DNA of 64,000 bases from Vermamoeba vermiformis. Taxonomy: Eukaryota. A program made the translations under genes and the position numbers. The stretch lies in the NCBI GenBank assembly GCA_045837725.1, contig JBEWZL010000243.1:310001-374000 (forward strand), written 5' to 3'. The first letter of the stretch is position 1. Every line of letters begins with the position of its first letter. The notes below the pieces were generated by a model. That model saw nothing but the letters and a program-made list of their open reading frames with translations, was not told the origin of the DNA and made no database searches. Shown one piece after another: positions 27,776-40,245 of this stretch.

Positions 27776-30700
27776 TTACATTTGATCCTTCAACTTTCGG
27801 ATCTTGTTCAGACCTGCGTTGGCGGATCTGAGTTGTTTCTCCAAAGCCAAAATCTTGACCTGTTGGTTCAACTCTTCAAGAGCATCATCATCGGCGTTAG
27901 CGTCAATGCCAATGACGTCACCTCCGTCCTCGAACTCCTTGACACGTTGAGCAGCGCGCACGAGCTCGTCAGTGGCCTTAGCGACGGCGCGAGCAGCAGT
28001 GTTGAGCGTGTCAAGTTCTGACGCGTCAGTGCGGGTACGAAGAGCAGCGACCAACTGAGCAGTGCTCGAAGCTACACTTTGAGCGGAGTTGACAAGAGAA
28101 TCACCACTGAACTTGGTGTCTGTTGAAGCTGAGTACAGAGAGCGCAGACCTTGAGCGACACCCTTGGCAGCTGTCAATCGGTTCTGAGCCCAGGCAGGCG
28201 GAGTGAACTTGCGTGTCTGTTGACCTTGTTGAACCTTCAGTGCGGCATCAACGAGGACACCAGTGGCGTTGACAATGGCCTGTGAAGCACTGATCACTGC
28301 GGACGTGACGACAGGATCGACGTTGGGAACTTCCTTGCCCTTGGCCTTTTGAAGAGAGGAGCCGACTTCCTTGACGACCTTGGCAGTGGATTGCAATTCA
28401 GTATCGACTTGCTGTTCGAGCTGAGTACTGTCGGCAATGCCGAGTGACAAGTTGTCAGTGCCGGGCAAGGCCTTCAATTGCTCAATGGAGTTGTTCACGC
28501 TGGTCATTACACCTTCGATGGCATCAGCAAGCTTGATCTGTCGCTCAGCGTCCTTAATGTCCAACTTGGCAAGTTCGAGAATTGTCAAGAACTTGTTGGC
28601 CACATCGTGTGACGAAGCAGTGATCTTGTCCTTGATACTTTCGTCTTCAGTCAAGGCGCACACACCACGAGTGAAGTTGATGTACTTCTCGACGTCAAAG
28701 GAAGAGGCTTGAGCAGCGTCGATCAACTCATCTTGGTTGCTAGCAACGACTACATTGGAGCCAGAATCGATAACTCGTCTCAATGCAGAGGCAACATCTT
28801 CAGGCTTAGCTTTAACGGCCAAACCGGCAGAGATTGATTGCAGGATGGCCTTCTTGGCGGCTTCGAGTTCCTTTTCAGCACGAGCGAATTCGCCACTAGC
28901 TAAGGTCAGGACGCTGTTCAATTGAGCAACAGCCTCCGAGATGGAGTTCTTGGCCTTGGTGAAGACAGTCAAAACGTTGTTATCACTGGACTTTTGAGCG
29001 TCCTTTGCAGACAACAAGAGTTGCTGCAAGCCCAAAGACAAGGCTTTAGCAGCATTGAGAATGTCCTGTTGAGTCAAGGCGTCGGGGAAACGACTAGCAG
29101 CCAAAGAAGCGAACTTTGTGGCCGTCGATGTGGCTTCGGCAAGCTTCTTGGAAGTGCTGGCAACACGCTCTTCGTTGACCTTCAAGCGGCTCTCAAGTTC
29201 AGTAATGAGAGCAGGCAACTTGGCAGTGTTCTCGGTGACATTGGTCTGCAAGCTTTGAATGCTTTGCTGAGCGGCTTCCTTGGAAACTTCCAATTGACCA
29301 GCTTGAGCAAAGATGGCCGAGGTAGTCAGTCCGGCGGTCAACTTGTTCATGTCTTCGAGCACCTTATTCATGACATACTCACCGACAGCACCTCGCTTGG
29401 CACCAGCAATCAAGTTGCTAATGTAAGTGTTGGTGTTGTTGATGTAGTCACGCAAAGTATTGGCGAGCGTGCCGTCAGGATTGTTCAAGAATCCTTCAGT
29501 AGCAAGGCACATTTGCACGAGCTCGTCAACGATGCTCTTCATGGCTGTGCTTATTCTGTTCTTGGCAGTCTCGTCCGTAGTTGTGGCAACCATACCACGG
29601 GCCATGTCAACCATCTTAGGAACGATTTCCTTCAATCTGTTCAAGTTCAGTGACATTTGACCACCGTTGGAAGCAGAAGCAGAAGAGAAAGACATCAGAA
29701 CGGAGGCCAAGTCCTTGGTGCCTGTAGTGAGTTCGGCTCTGTAGGCACTGTAAGAGGCTTCAGGGTTCTCAGCGGGAGTTGCAGCAATGTCAGAGTACGC
29801 GTGCAAAACAGAAGCAGCTTCTTGGCAGTCAGCAGCAAGGGAGGACTCGCCTTGCAAAGCGTTGAGCAATGAAGCAATGGAAAAACTAGCCTTGTCGACT
29901 TGTGATGAGGAGTCGATGTCAGTGCTCGAGCACGACTTGATCAAGCTTGACATGGCCTCGAGCAAGTCTTTGGCAGCGTGCAATAAGCTCTGCTGCTTAT
30001 TCATGTCTGGGGTGGTGGCCACAACTGCCTTGAGAATCTTCGTGGCAATAGGAACTCGTGATTGCACTTCTTCAGCAAGTTTTCTAAGTTCATCAGGCTT
30101 GCCGCTAGCCTCACCCATTTGTCTGATCAAGTCGTCTAATTCGTGAGTAACATCCACGAGATCGCGTTGGATTTCTTGAGGACTCTTGTTGGGAATCTTA
30201 ACGTTGAGTTGATTCAAAGTCAAGTCCTTGAAGGTGTTATCCAAGTCAGTGATGGCAGCACCAACGGCTTGATCGGCCTTCTCGCATTCACGGACCGCAG
30301 GGTTAAGAACGGCGGCGACGGCCAAGAGCTTTCTGATAGACTCAGAGACGTCTCCAGGTTGACCAGTGGATGCGTCACGATCTTTTTGGTTCTTAGCACC
30401 ACCCATTGAGGCAGCAATTCTGTTAATCGCTGCAATAAGTCCTTCAGCAGCTGCCTTAGAAGTCTCTGCGATTCTGTTGGCGGTAGAGGCATCGACAGAG
30501 GCAGTTAAGGTCTTGGACACGGTGCTGTCACCTTCGTTAACAAGCTTCTCAGCATCCAAAGTGCGTTCACGAAGCTCCTTGGCGGCTTCAGCAACGGTAT
30601 CGCTCGCTCCAGCTTCTTTCTTAACGACTCCAGGGGCGGATTGAGCGAGCTTCTTCATCGCATCAGCCATACCCTTAATGTTCTTGACTAAGGCAGCTTG

Positions 30701-33700
30701 ACGTTGCTTGTCATCACCAATAGATTTGGCTGATTCCTTGAACTTGTTGATAAGGTTGGCAACGGAGACGGCGGCCTTCTTGGTAGCAGCGACGACTTTT
30801 TGTCCGTCTTGGGTGTCGTTCAGAATGAGGGTCATGCACTTCGCGACAACGACAACATCATTGTTGGCATCGCCTTCACTCGATGAGCCGCCATCGGAGC
30901 TTGATGCAGCCTTCAAGGCAGAGCGAGCAGTTGAGAGAATGGAGCCCATAGTTGTAGCAGCCATCTTGCCCAAGAGCTCGAACTTGCCGGATGACTTTCC
31001 GGTAGTCATCAACTTGGTAAAGACTTGAGTGAACTTCTTGACGTTCGAATTGATCTCGTGCAACAAGATGGAGCTGGTCTTGGCCTGAACGTCCTTAAAC
31101 TCTTTCTTCTCCAAGCGATCCAATTCGTCGGTGATGATCTTGACAATCTCTTCGGCATCGTTGGAGGATGAGTCGAGAATGCCCAACAAGGCAGTCAATT
31201 CGTTGCTCGAAGCTGTGCTCAAAGAGTTCAAGCTTTCCAAGGCAAGTTCATCACTAGCAGCACCTGCTTCCTTGGCGCAGTTGAGCAAGCGAAGAATGTT
31301 GTCGGTGAGCAGGGTAGCAGCTTGCAAGATATCGAAGCTCAGGCCCTTATCATTGGTGGCCGAGGCGGCAGATGAGATGGAGGCGGTCAATTGAGAGACG
31401 GTTGAGGCAATAATCTTGCTGACACCACCGAGACCAGTTGGGTTGGTCTTGGTAGTAGCGACGAGTTGTGAAATCAAAGAAGAAAGGACCTTGGCGTTAG
31501 TCATCACGCTCTCAGTGGCTTGAGTGTATGTAGTCGCAGTGATGTCGTTGCCAGTAAGTTTCTTTGCGGCCTCACGAATGCTTTGAAGCGCATCATCGCA
31601 ATCACGAGCGTCGATACCGCGAGCACTAGCAACCAACGTAGCCAATGCAGTCTTGAAGTCAGTCTCGATCTTGTCGAATTCTTTCTTCTTGTTCTTATTG
31701 TTCAAGTCCATAGAGTACATACGACCGGAGGTGAGTAACTCGTAGGCAGTGGCACTGACAGCTTTAGCAGAGGTGATCATACGCTCCTGGACACCCTTGT
31801 CGCTGACAGTGGTAATCATTGAGCGTACACCAAGCGAGACTTGACCAATGCTGGAACTGGCTTCTTTGATGGGATTAATGACATTACCACCGACTCTGAC
31901 TTGGTCGGAGAATTTGTCAGTAGCGCCAGACAAACTCTTAATGGCCAAGTTGAGTAACTTGAAGGCGTTGTCACGAATTTCACTAGCTGCAACAATATCA
32001 ACTGTACGGTAGTTAGTAACTGAATCTTTCTACGAACAAACGTCTGCTTACCGTCGGTAACTTGTAACGCTTCAAGGTCGGAGTTAACGTTAAGGAACAC
32101 TTCCAAAGCCTCTTCAATTTCACGTTGACCACCAAGATCTGCTACTGAGCTGCATGCGGTTTCAAGCTTTTTGTTTAGCTCAACGATTTCGTTAGAGCAG
32201 AAAGCCAAATCTTGCTTCAAGTTGGGGTCCGTAATATAACGGCCACCACGCTTGGTAGCAAGCACCAACTCGGCGAACTTAGCCAAAGCTTTAACCGAGG
32301 CTTTAAGCAAGTCGATTTGGTAACGCTTGTTGTGCGGGTTTTTGCCGGCAGCTGCAATAACAGGGACGAGCTCTGAGACTTCAGCGAGTGTGGTGTTGAT
32401 CGTGTTGGCGAGAATGTTCTTGGCGTCATTGTCAGGCATGACACGCAAAGCGGATCTGCTCATGGCAGCCAGCTTGACGATACCGGCAGCCGCAGACTTG
32501 GCGTAGTATCTCAAAGAGTTGATAGAGAAGGCCTCACCAGCATCGGCGAGCAATTGATTTGCTTGGGTCTCAAGCACGGAGACTTCGTGCAACAACTTAG
32601 CTTGAAGAGTATTGTCTTCAAACTTGGTGTTGAGTGCTCGGCCGCCTTGAAGGACTTTTTCAGCTTGAACTTTCATAGTTTGGAGCATTTCGGCCAAGCG
32701 AGCCTTGGTGGCTGGTTCGGCATTAGCGATCAAACCCTCAGTCAAAGCAATGACGTTGTTGTTGGATGTGACAATGGCCTTGACGTTTGTAACAAGGCGA
32801 TCAGGCTCGGCAATGTTGACTTTCAGTGTCTTGATGGTGTTGGAAAGGGTGTTGACCAAGCCGTAGAAATCAGATTCACCGGCAGCAGCTTGGTTAGGTT
32901 CAGCCGTCTCAGTGCTGGCAATCATCTGCTTCAGTGACACGCGAATAGCTTGCACCGCCTAAGTCGAGTTAGTACATTGTTGATATTGAGTGGCAAAGGG
33001 AACATACGCTGTCAAATCGGGCTCTGTCTGTGCTGGCAAGTTGAGCGTTGCTAACAGACAAAGCGACGCGCTCAGTCAACTCGGTGACCTTGCCTTGGTT
33101 TTCCGCGAAGTACTTCTTAATTTCAGGACTGAGTGCCACAACAGACATCATGCTGACTTCTTCTGCCATGGTAGCCTTGGCCCGTTCCAATTGACCGATC
33201 TCGTGAGTGAGAGCTTCTCTTTTCTCAACAGAAAGGACTTCAGCAGCACCGGCCATCACAGCAATCATTTCTTCCATGTTGACGGTGACAGCGTTCACGG
33301 TCTCAGCGACCAACATACGAGCACCCTAAGCATTAATGTTAGATACTTACATTGATGCAAGCACTCTCTACTTACAGAGTCAGTTACGAAGTTGTTAACA
33401 ACACCTTCGACGAACTTCATCGAGTCATTAAACTTGCGTTCAGCAGCGAAGTACTCGTTCAAGAACTCAGCGCTGGGAGGAGCATTGGGGTCGAGACCCT
33501 CATAGCAGGCTAGAAGTGAGCTCAATGCTTTCGCAACGTTCTATTCTTATAATTAGTAAAGCTCTCGAGCGCGGTAAATACTATAACTTACGCTGACACC
33601 CTGAAGTGCGGGCAAGTCCTCGAAAGACTTGGCAGCGGCGGCCATGTTCATAATAGTGGTGTGCATTTCCTTCAAGTTGTTGTTAAGAGCACCTTGCACG

Positions 33701-35624
33701 ACCATGCCAGGGTTCATCTTGGCGGTCTTCATGAAAGAATCGACGGTTTGATACAACACGTCCTTTCCACTGATCAAAGCGGACTTCAAATCAACAGGTG
33801 TAGCAATGGCCTTGATCTCGAACTTCTCGAGAGCAGGTTTGATTTCAGCGCTCAAAGTAGTCATCAATTGGTGAGCAGAAGGAAGATTAACGACTTGGAT
33901 TTGACCTGCCTCAGGGAAGAACTGCGAGTATACAGCCGCACGGTTGGCCGGGGGCATGGCTGCAATTGCGTTAGTAAATTACGAGGGAAAAGCACGTGTA
34001 CACTTACATGGCAAAGCACTGATAGAAACGGTTTGAGCGGCTGCCATTGGTGTTTTCATTGAAACGCTCGAGTAATTGACCATGCTGGGTGTAGCTCTCA
34101 TGACTTCTCCAACAGGAGCTGTCTTGTTCATACTGTATCCGATTTGCACGGTACCCTCGATAGCGGTGAGCGAGCTTTCTTCAGCAATTTGAACGTCGTC
34201 TTCAACAATAGTAGAACCCTCATCTTAACAAAGCATTAGCTATGCTGTTAATACTTAACGTGCAGTACGTACCCTTCAATAACTTCATGTACAACTCGAC
34301 GTACGCTTCAATCAACTTGACGATGGGAATAGACTCTTCAGTGTAATACACCCAAGGCTCGGGTTCCCAGTCACCGAAGTCCAAGATGACGGATTTGGCT
34401 TGCGGGGCCCATTTCTTCATGTGGAACAAGGTTTGCTTGCGAATAGGCTCCAAAGTCTTCACGTTGTTCACAGTGACAGTTTCCTTTGTGAAACCGAGCA
34501 ACACGTCCTTGAAGTCACCCTTTTCCTTGTTTCTCTCCTTGACACGGAAGTATGTGGTGCCGTAGGCTTTGAGTGACTTGACCAACTGTAAGTAACGTCT
34601 CTTAGCAGCCAATAGTGACGTGCCGGCCAAGTTTTTGTGTTCGTGAGTAATGGCCTTCTCGATCTCGGGCCATTTGGCTTTCTTTTTGAGCATTTGCACG
34701 GGCATATAATCGTTCAAGCTACGTGACATTAGTCGTTGTTCAATTTGGAGACAATTCTACTTACTCAAGAGTGCCGGGCTTGTACTTGGAGGGGTCGTAG
34801 TCTCCGTAATTAATTTGGCACAACATGGCCGCGCAACTGATGGCTTCGTTTCTCTGGCACGGGTATCGGCCACTGAGAATGTTGTTCTTGGCTTGAATAA
34901 AAGTCATGTGAAGTGCTGCAGGGTCGTCCATTTCAGAGGCATCACCGGCATCGAACAACTTCTTTTCAAAGATGAGTCGTTCTGTGTCAGTGACGTCTTG
35001 CTCGTGGAGCGGCAATTGCGCGAAAAGGAATTGATCTGAAAAATAAATTAATTTGCTGCTTTTGCGGATTTAAATAAATAATTAATCTTACTTTCGCTAC
35101 TGTCTAATTTTCTCAGGCCCCAAGCTTCAAAGTCCGTTTTCAACGCCAAATTTTCTAAAATCGTTTTCACAATGTCTCTGACTTTAGAGCTATCGTCAAT
35201 GAGCACAGTTTTAACTGAATCGTCCGCCAAGACAATTTGCAATCGACGATGCTTCTTCTTATAATACATTTCATCCTAAATAACTTAACGTTAACATTTT
35301 AAAATTCGATGGATTTGCCAAGCAATTTCATAAACTCAACAAAAAAGAGGTACTAGCAATATTATACCATTAATGAGCTAGAGCAATACTTACATTTGTT
35401 TTGATGAAATAGTTTTTTAGGGACTTGGTTCGATCCAACCATTTTGGTTTTAGTTTCTTTTCAGGGTTGCCTGGCATAAACAACCCGAAGTCATCTCCTC
35501 CCACGTTAGATTTTTCTTTAATTTCCTTGAGCACTTGGTGGATGCTAATCTCGGGAGGAAACTTCAAGATCTTCGTTGAGGAATTTTGTCCTGCAACGAT
35601 ATGAATCTTAATAGCAAGCGCCAT
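27776..35624 (-). CDS. talin: Second, divergent talin paralog (FERM, rod, diverged I/LWEQ)
   Basis: FERM motifs LKAYGTTYF and MKKWAPQAKSVILDFGDW; rod segments align with the first talin (e.g. GIDARDCDDAL, SAIFAQAGQLEVSKEAA, QQDILNAAKA); C-terminal QQVKILALEKQLRSANAGLNKIRK; at least 10 exons. Confidence 0.93.
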
Positions 35625-36094
35625 TCTATTTACAAATAGTTAGTTCAATTACTTAGCACAAAAATTAATAAATAAATTGCAGTGCAAAGGTAAATTATCA
35701 AAAACGCATATTTCTTGTCGAAAGGTTAAATACCTGAATAAGGGACTGGCGATATGTGGTACTACGTTGTAAAATGATGTTAAAATTTCTCCTTCCCAAG
35801 CGGTTGTGCCAAGCGGTAAACAAAAACAAACGCACGTGACTTTGGCGAGATTAATCAGGAGATAATCGCCACAAAAGGGAAACCACGCGTGTGTTACAAA
35901 ATTACGCACGGAATGCGTAGCTATTGCAGAAAAATTGTAGTATCACTAGCAGACTGAACTTTGGTCTGATACAATTTCCTGGTCTAAATTTAGAGGATTT
36001 TAAATTCGATAGTGGATTTATCCACCACCGATTGCTAAACGGCTACGGTTCGCACCTGTCATCAAAACCAAATAACAAATAGATTAATAACACG

Positions 36095-39000
36095 ATGAGC
36101 AAGCAATCAAAAAAGAAGTAAGTTGCTGGAGCTCTTTGGTCTTAAGATTTTTCTAATTATCATTACCAAACCAACAGAAAATTAAACGAGCCAAAGCATA
36201 TCGAGGATAGCGATGCATTGGAAGAAAATAAAGAGTTTACCACGATAGAGGAATTTTGGCGCTTTGAAGATGCGCTTTCAACAGATGAGAGGCGAGCCAG
36301 GTAGCCTAAAAAATTAACTATAATTAGAATAATATTAACAATATTTATAATTGTAAAATAGATATTATCACGGAGATTATTACACGTTGCAAGATATTAC
36401 GACTTGGGCAAATTATGTCGAGACCATACCAGCAGTTAATTTTAAGGAGCACCGAGACCACATTGAGAAATTAGTTAAGTCATGGGAGTTGTTGCCAGAG
36501 CCTGAAGAATGGGACGAAGATAATTCGAGTAACAGCGACAGCTCTTCAACAACTCCTCGCAAAAGAGTGACAGGCCCACGAGAGTTAGTGCTTGATTTTG
36601 AACCAAACGAAGAGCTGAATAACAAAATATCTTTGTGGCGTGGAGATAGTACGTAGACGAACCTGACTATTGCAATTTACTAACTTGATAATAGTCACAA
36701 AACTGGAAATTGATGCGGTTGTCAATGCAGCTAATGAAAGCCTGCTAGGCGGAGGAGGAAGTAAGTCTCATCTATTGTTTGTACAATATTCTAATGTGTT
36801 GTAGTCGATGGAGCTATTCATGCAGCAGCTGGTCCAACATTAGTCGAAGAATGCGCTATGTTGCACGGGTGTTCGACCGGCAACACAAAGATATCGCGAG
36901 GACACAAACTACCAGCCAAGTTTATTTTGCACACAGTTGGTCCTCGTTGTTATAACACAATTACAAAATTGCCTGTGGAGAAATTACAACGGTGTTACAC
37001 GTCGTGTTTATCACACGTGTCAAACCACAAGTTGAAGTCAGTGGCCTTCTGTTGTATCTCAACGGGGATCTTTAGCTATCCTAATGAAGCAGCGGCATTC
37101 ACGGCCATATCAACGGTCAGAGATTGGTTAACGAAGGATGATAACTATAAGCGTATTGATCGCGTCATCTTCTGCGTGTTTGAAGAAAAGGACTTGAAAA
37201 TCTACGAACAGATGATGCAAGTATTTTTCCCGCCCGTGAGGCACTCTAAGAATGTCCAACTACCGTGCTATGCCGAGGAGAGGTGGAGCAAAATCAAAAA
37301 GTTTGTGAAGAAGAACACAATTGGCAATATCGAGGAGCTTTGTGTAAGTCAACACTAAACCTTCATAACTCGCATACTAATAGATGCCGTAGAAATTTAT
37401 CCGTGACTTTAGTCCCGAGCAGTCCCTCGATCTGTCAAACTTGAAACTTTTGTTCGACAAACTAGGTGACACCGAGACTTCCGATTTTTTCACCAAAACT
37501 CTTCCCGGTAAGTTGCTATTTGAAGAAGCTATCGAGCTAACACATTTTGCAGCAATACTTCGCTTAGCTGTTCGACTTGAAGGAATTTGTCGCGAGGAAC
37601 AACGTCAACACGATTTGTTAGAAGACGTTAGAACTAACACACTCGAGTACGGTGCCATTCCATTGCTAGTGCACGCAGTTAAAAACAGCGCTGTGACTCT
37701 CAGTCAAGAAAAGGTACGTAACATCTATATTTTATCAAACAAATAACCCTAACATCGTTACTAGATTGCCTCGCTGGTGGCCTGTGCATTTTTGTGTTTA
37801 CTGCCGCAGCAAAAGTTCCACAATCAAGTGTTTGCGTCATCCAATTTCAAACAACTCTACGCTAAAGTCGCTGCTTCTGAAGTCGAACATGTGTTGCCCA
37901 ATCAAGCCAACAAACTGCGGTGCTTGATTCATTACTTCAATAGGATAAATGATAGTAGTAAGTACAATTATAGAGCATATGAGGGTGATTAGTATTGACG
38001 GATGTATGGTTGCTAGTGCCTGAAGGATTCGTAAAGATCGAACGACGGAATTTCACGTCGCCGATGGAGAAATTAGACCGACAAGAACAGTTGTCTCCTG
38101 CATGGCATTTGCCTGTCATATTTAGTGACGCACCGCCTCATGCACCAAAACAACAAGAAGATGGTGTTGTGCTGCTCGACGGCACGGAGTTCCCTGCAGC
38201 CACTTTCTTGAGCGTAAGAGTCGGGCATTTTAGTCATGCTTCAACTGCCTGTTATAGCCCAATATAATAGACCATATGACTAACACTTTTTTATTGTTAG
38301 TCCCGCGACATCATCACTCCAGCTGAAGTATTTTGTTTGACTAATCCCGAATTAACTGTCTTGCCGTTAATAACATCGCAACTAGTGTAAGTTCTTTATA
38401 AGCTAATAATATATTGCTATAATCTTTGGCACTAATCTTTACTGGATCTGTTTGAACAGTAACTGGGAGTCCATAGAAGTACGAGGCAGTGAAACGTTTT
38501 GCGAGTGCAGCGTGGATAAGGCGGGAAGAAATTTCAGATATTTGGGAGATTACAAGGACAATATTAAGAAGTAAGTTTGTAGCGCTCTCCATTGCGGTCA
38601 GATCTAGTCATAACTGGGTTCACTTTTTTGCAGGGATAACCGGCTTAAAAAGCGAACGCTGATTTTCATCGATTCACCTAAATGTCGCGACAAAATGGAC
38701 CAACTCAAGCGGCATAATATACTCATCGAGTATCACAATGTTTATGCAGCGTTGATGCCTCACATCCGCGACAGAACTATTTCAGTTTTCTACGGTAAGC
38801 TAAAATTACACCCAGTTTAACGTTAAATTATTTAATGAAATATATCCTTGCTCTATTTGGCTTTAATTGCTTGATCGTTCATGAAAAATTAAATTAAATT
38901 TGGTCTAGGCGATGGAGGTTACAACGACTCTATTGGTACCGACCTGCAGATCAAAACAATGCTCTTATTAATAGCCATTCATGCCATTGGTTGTAAGAAC

Positions 39001-39889
39001 AGCGCGGTCAATGAAGTCTTGCAAGGATCAAAGGACAAGATCAAAGCGGCTAAAAACCAATCGGCGCCCGTCCTGTTGCACTTATCCAACTACGCACATA
39101 TCGAACAATTTATTGCTGCTATTAATGTCCTGAAAAAAGAAGAGGTTTCATCATGTAAGCTCCCAGTTGAAATTACTTTCTTTGGGAATTGACAATCTTT
39201 TACTTGCATCGATGCAGTTCTAATTATTTGATTATAGGGCACTTCGTAGAAAGGTTATGGACCGATTTTATTGAGCCAACCAACGATGACTTGTTTACGC
39301 GGATCAAGAGCAGATTCAAAGGCTGGAAGAAGGAAGCAAAACAGTTGCATAAGAAAAAGGTACAAAGTCTTTCAATTATTATTGGCTATCGCGGAATATT
39401 CCACCTTTCAGATTCTAGTGACGGTTATTGACGTTCGATAATTCCGATCTGACCAATTTGTACATAGGATAAAGAGAGAAAGCAGAAGGTGCGACCAAGC
39501 GCTAGTATACCTCGACGTAAGACCGATATGGGCACTAGCTCTGGTCAACACAAGGGTAAGCAACTTTCTGGCTGACATCCCGTTCAATTTTGTGAAGCGC
39601 CGCTCTCTAATATACTGCTCTTAAATTAGCGTCAAACAACAATGCAACGGGAACCATTGCCGCGCGAAGCTCTACAGGCCTCTCCATATTCTCGCCACGA
39701 ACGCAAAAGTCCGAGCGCGATCTGAAAAAACTTTCAGTGGACTCCAATAATAAGTCAGATATCAATCTTAGTGCTTCTGATTCGAGAAGAAAACGAGGCA
39801 GCACTATCGACACGACAGCAGATCTGAAAAGAAAAGATACGGATCTTGAACCGGAAGAAAAAGAACGAAAAGAAAAGAGCAAGAAATAA
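36095..39889 (+). CDS. MacroD-type macrodomain fused to a PARG-like domain with degenerate catalytic motifs
   Basis: Macrodomain [57 protein letters not shown]. Then PARG-like FFTKTLP, VTLSQEKIASLVACAF, NKLRCLIHYFNRI, AEVFCLTNPEL, LIFIDS, DLQIKTMLLL. Basic low-complexity tail; TAA 39887-39889. Confidence 0.85.
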
Positions 39890-40245
39890 TAGGAGAAATG
39901 ATCGAATAGGCATACGCTAGAGGAGTAAGTCTTTAAGACGTTTTTCAGCTTTCTTTTCTTACTTGAAGATCTGCGGCGTAGGAAAATTCGATTTTCGTTA
40001 AAATTATTTATCCTTCTATGTAAATAAACAAATCGAATGTGTTAACCTCAGCGAAATGACGACCTATTCTAAAAAACCTCAATCGTATCTCAAATCAACC
40101 TTCTTAAATTATTTCTTCCTTATTTAGAAAAAAAGAAATTTTTCAGCCAAACTTTTAAATTGGCATATCAGCAGTAAATTCGATCAATGCGCAGTATTGT
40201 TACTTTTGCAAAACTGATCACCACACTTCAAGCGTCACATTAACG

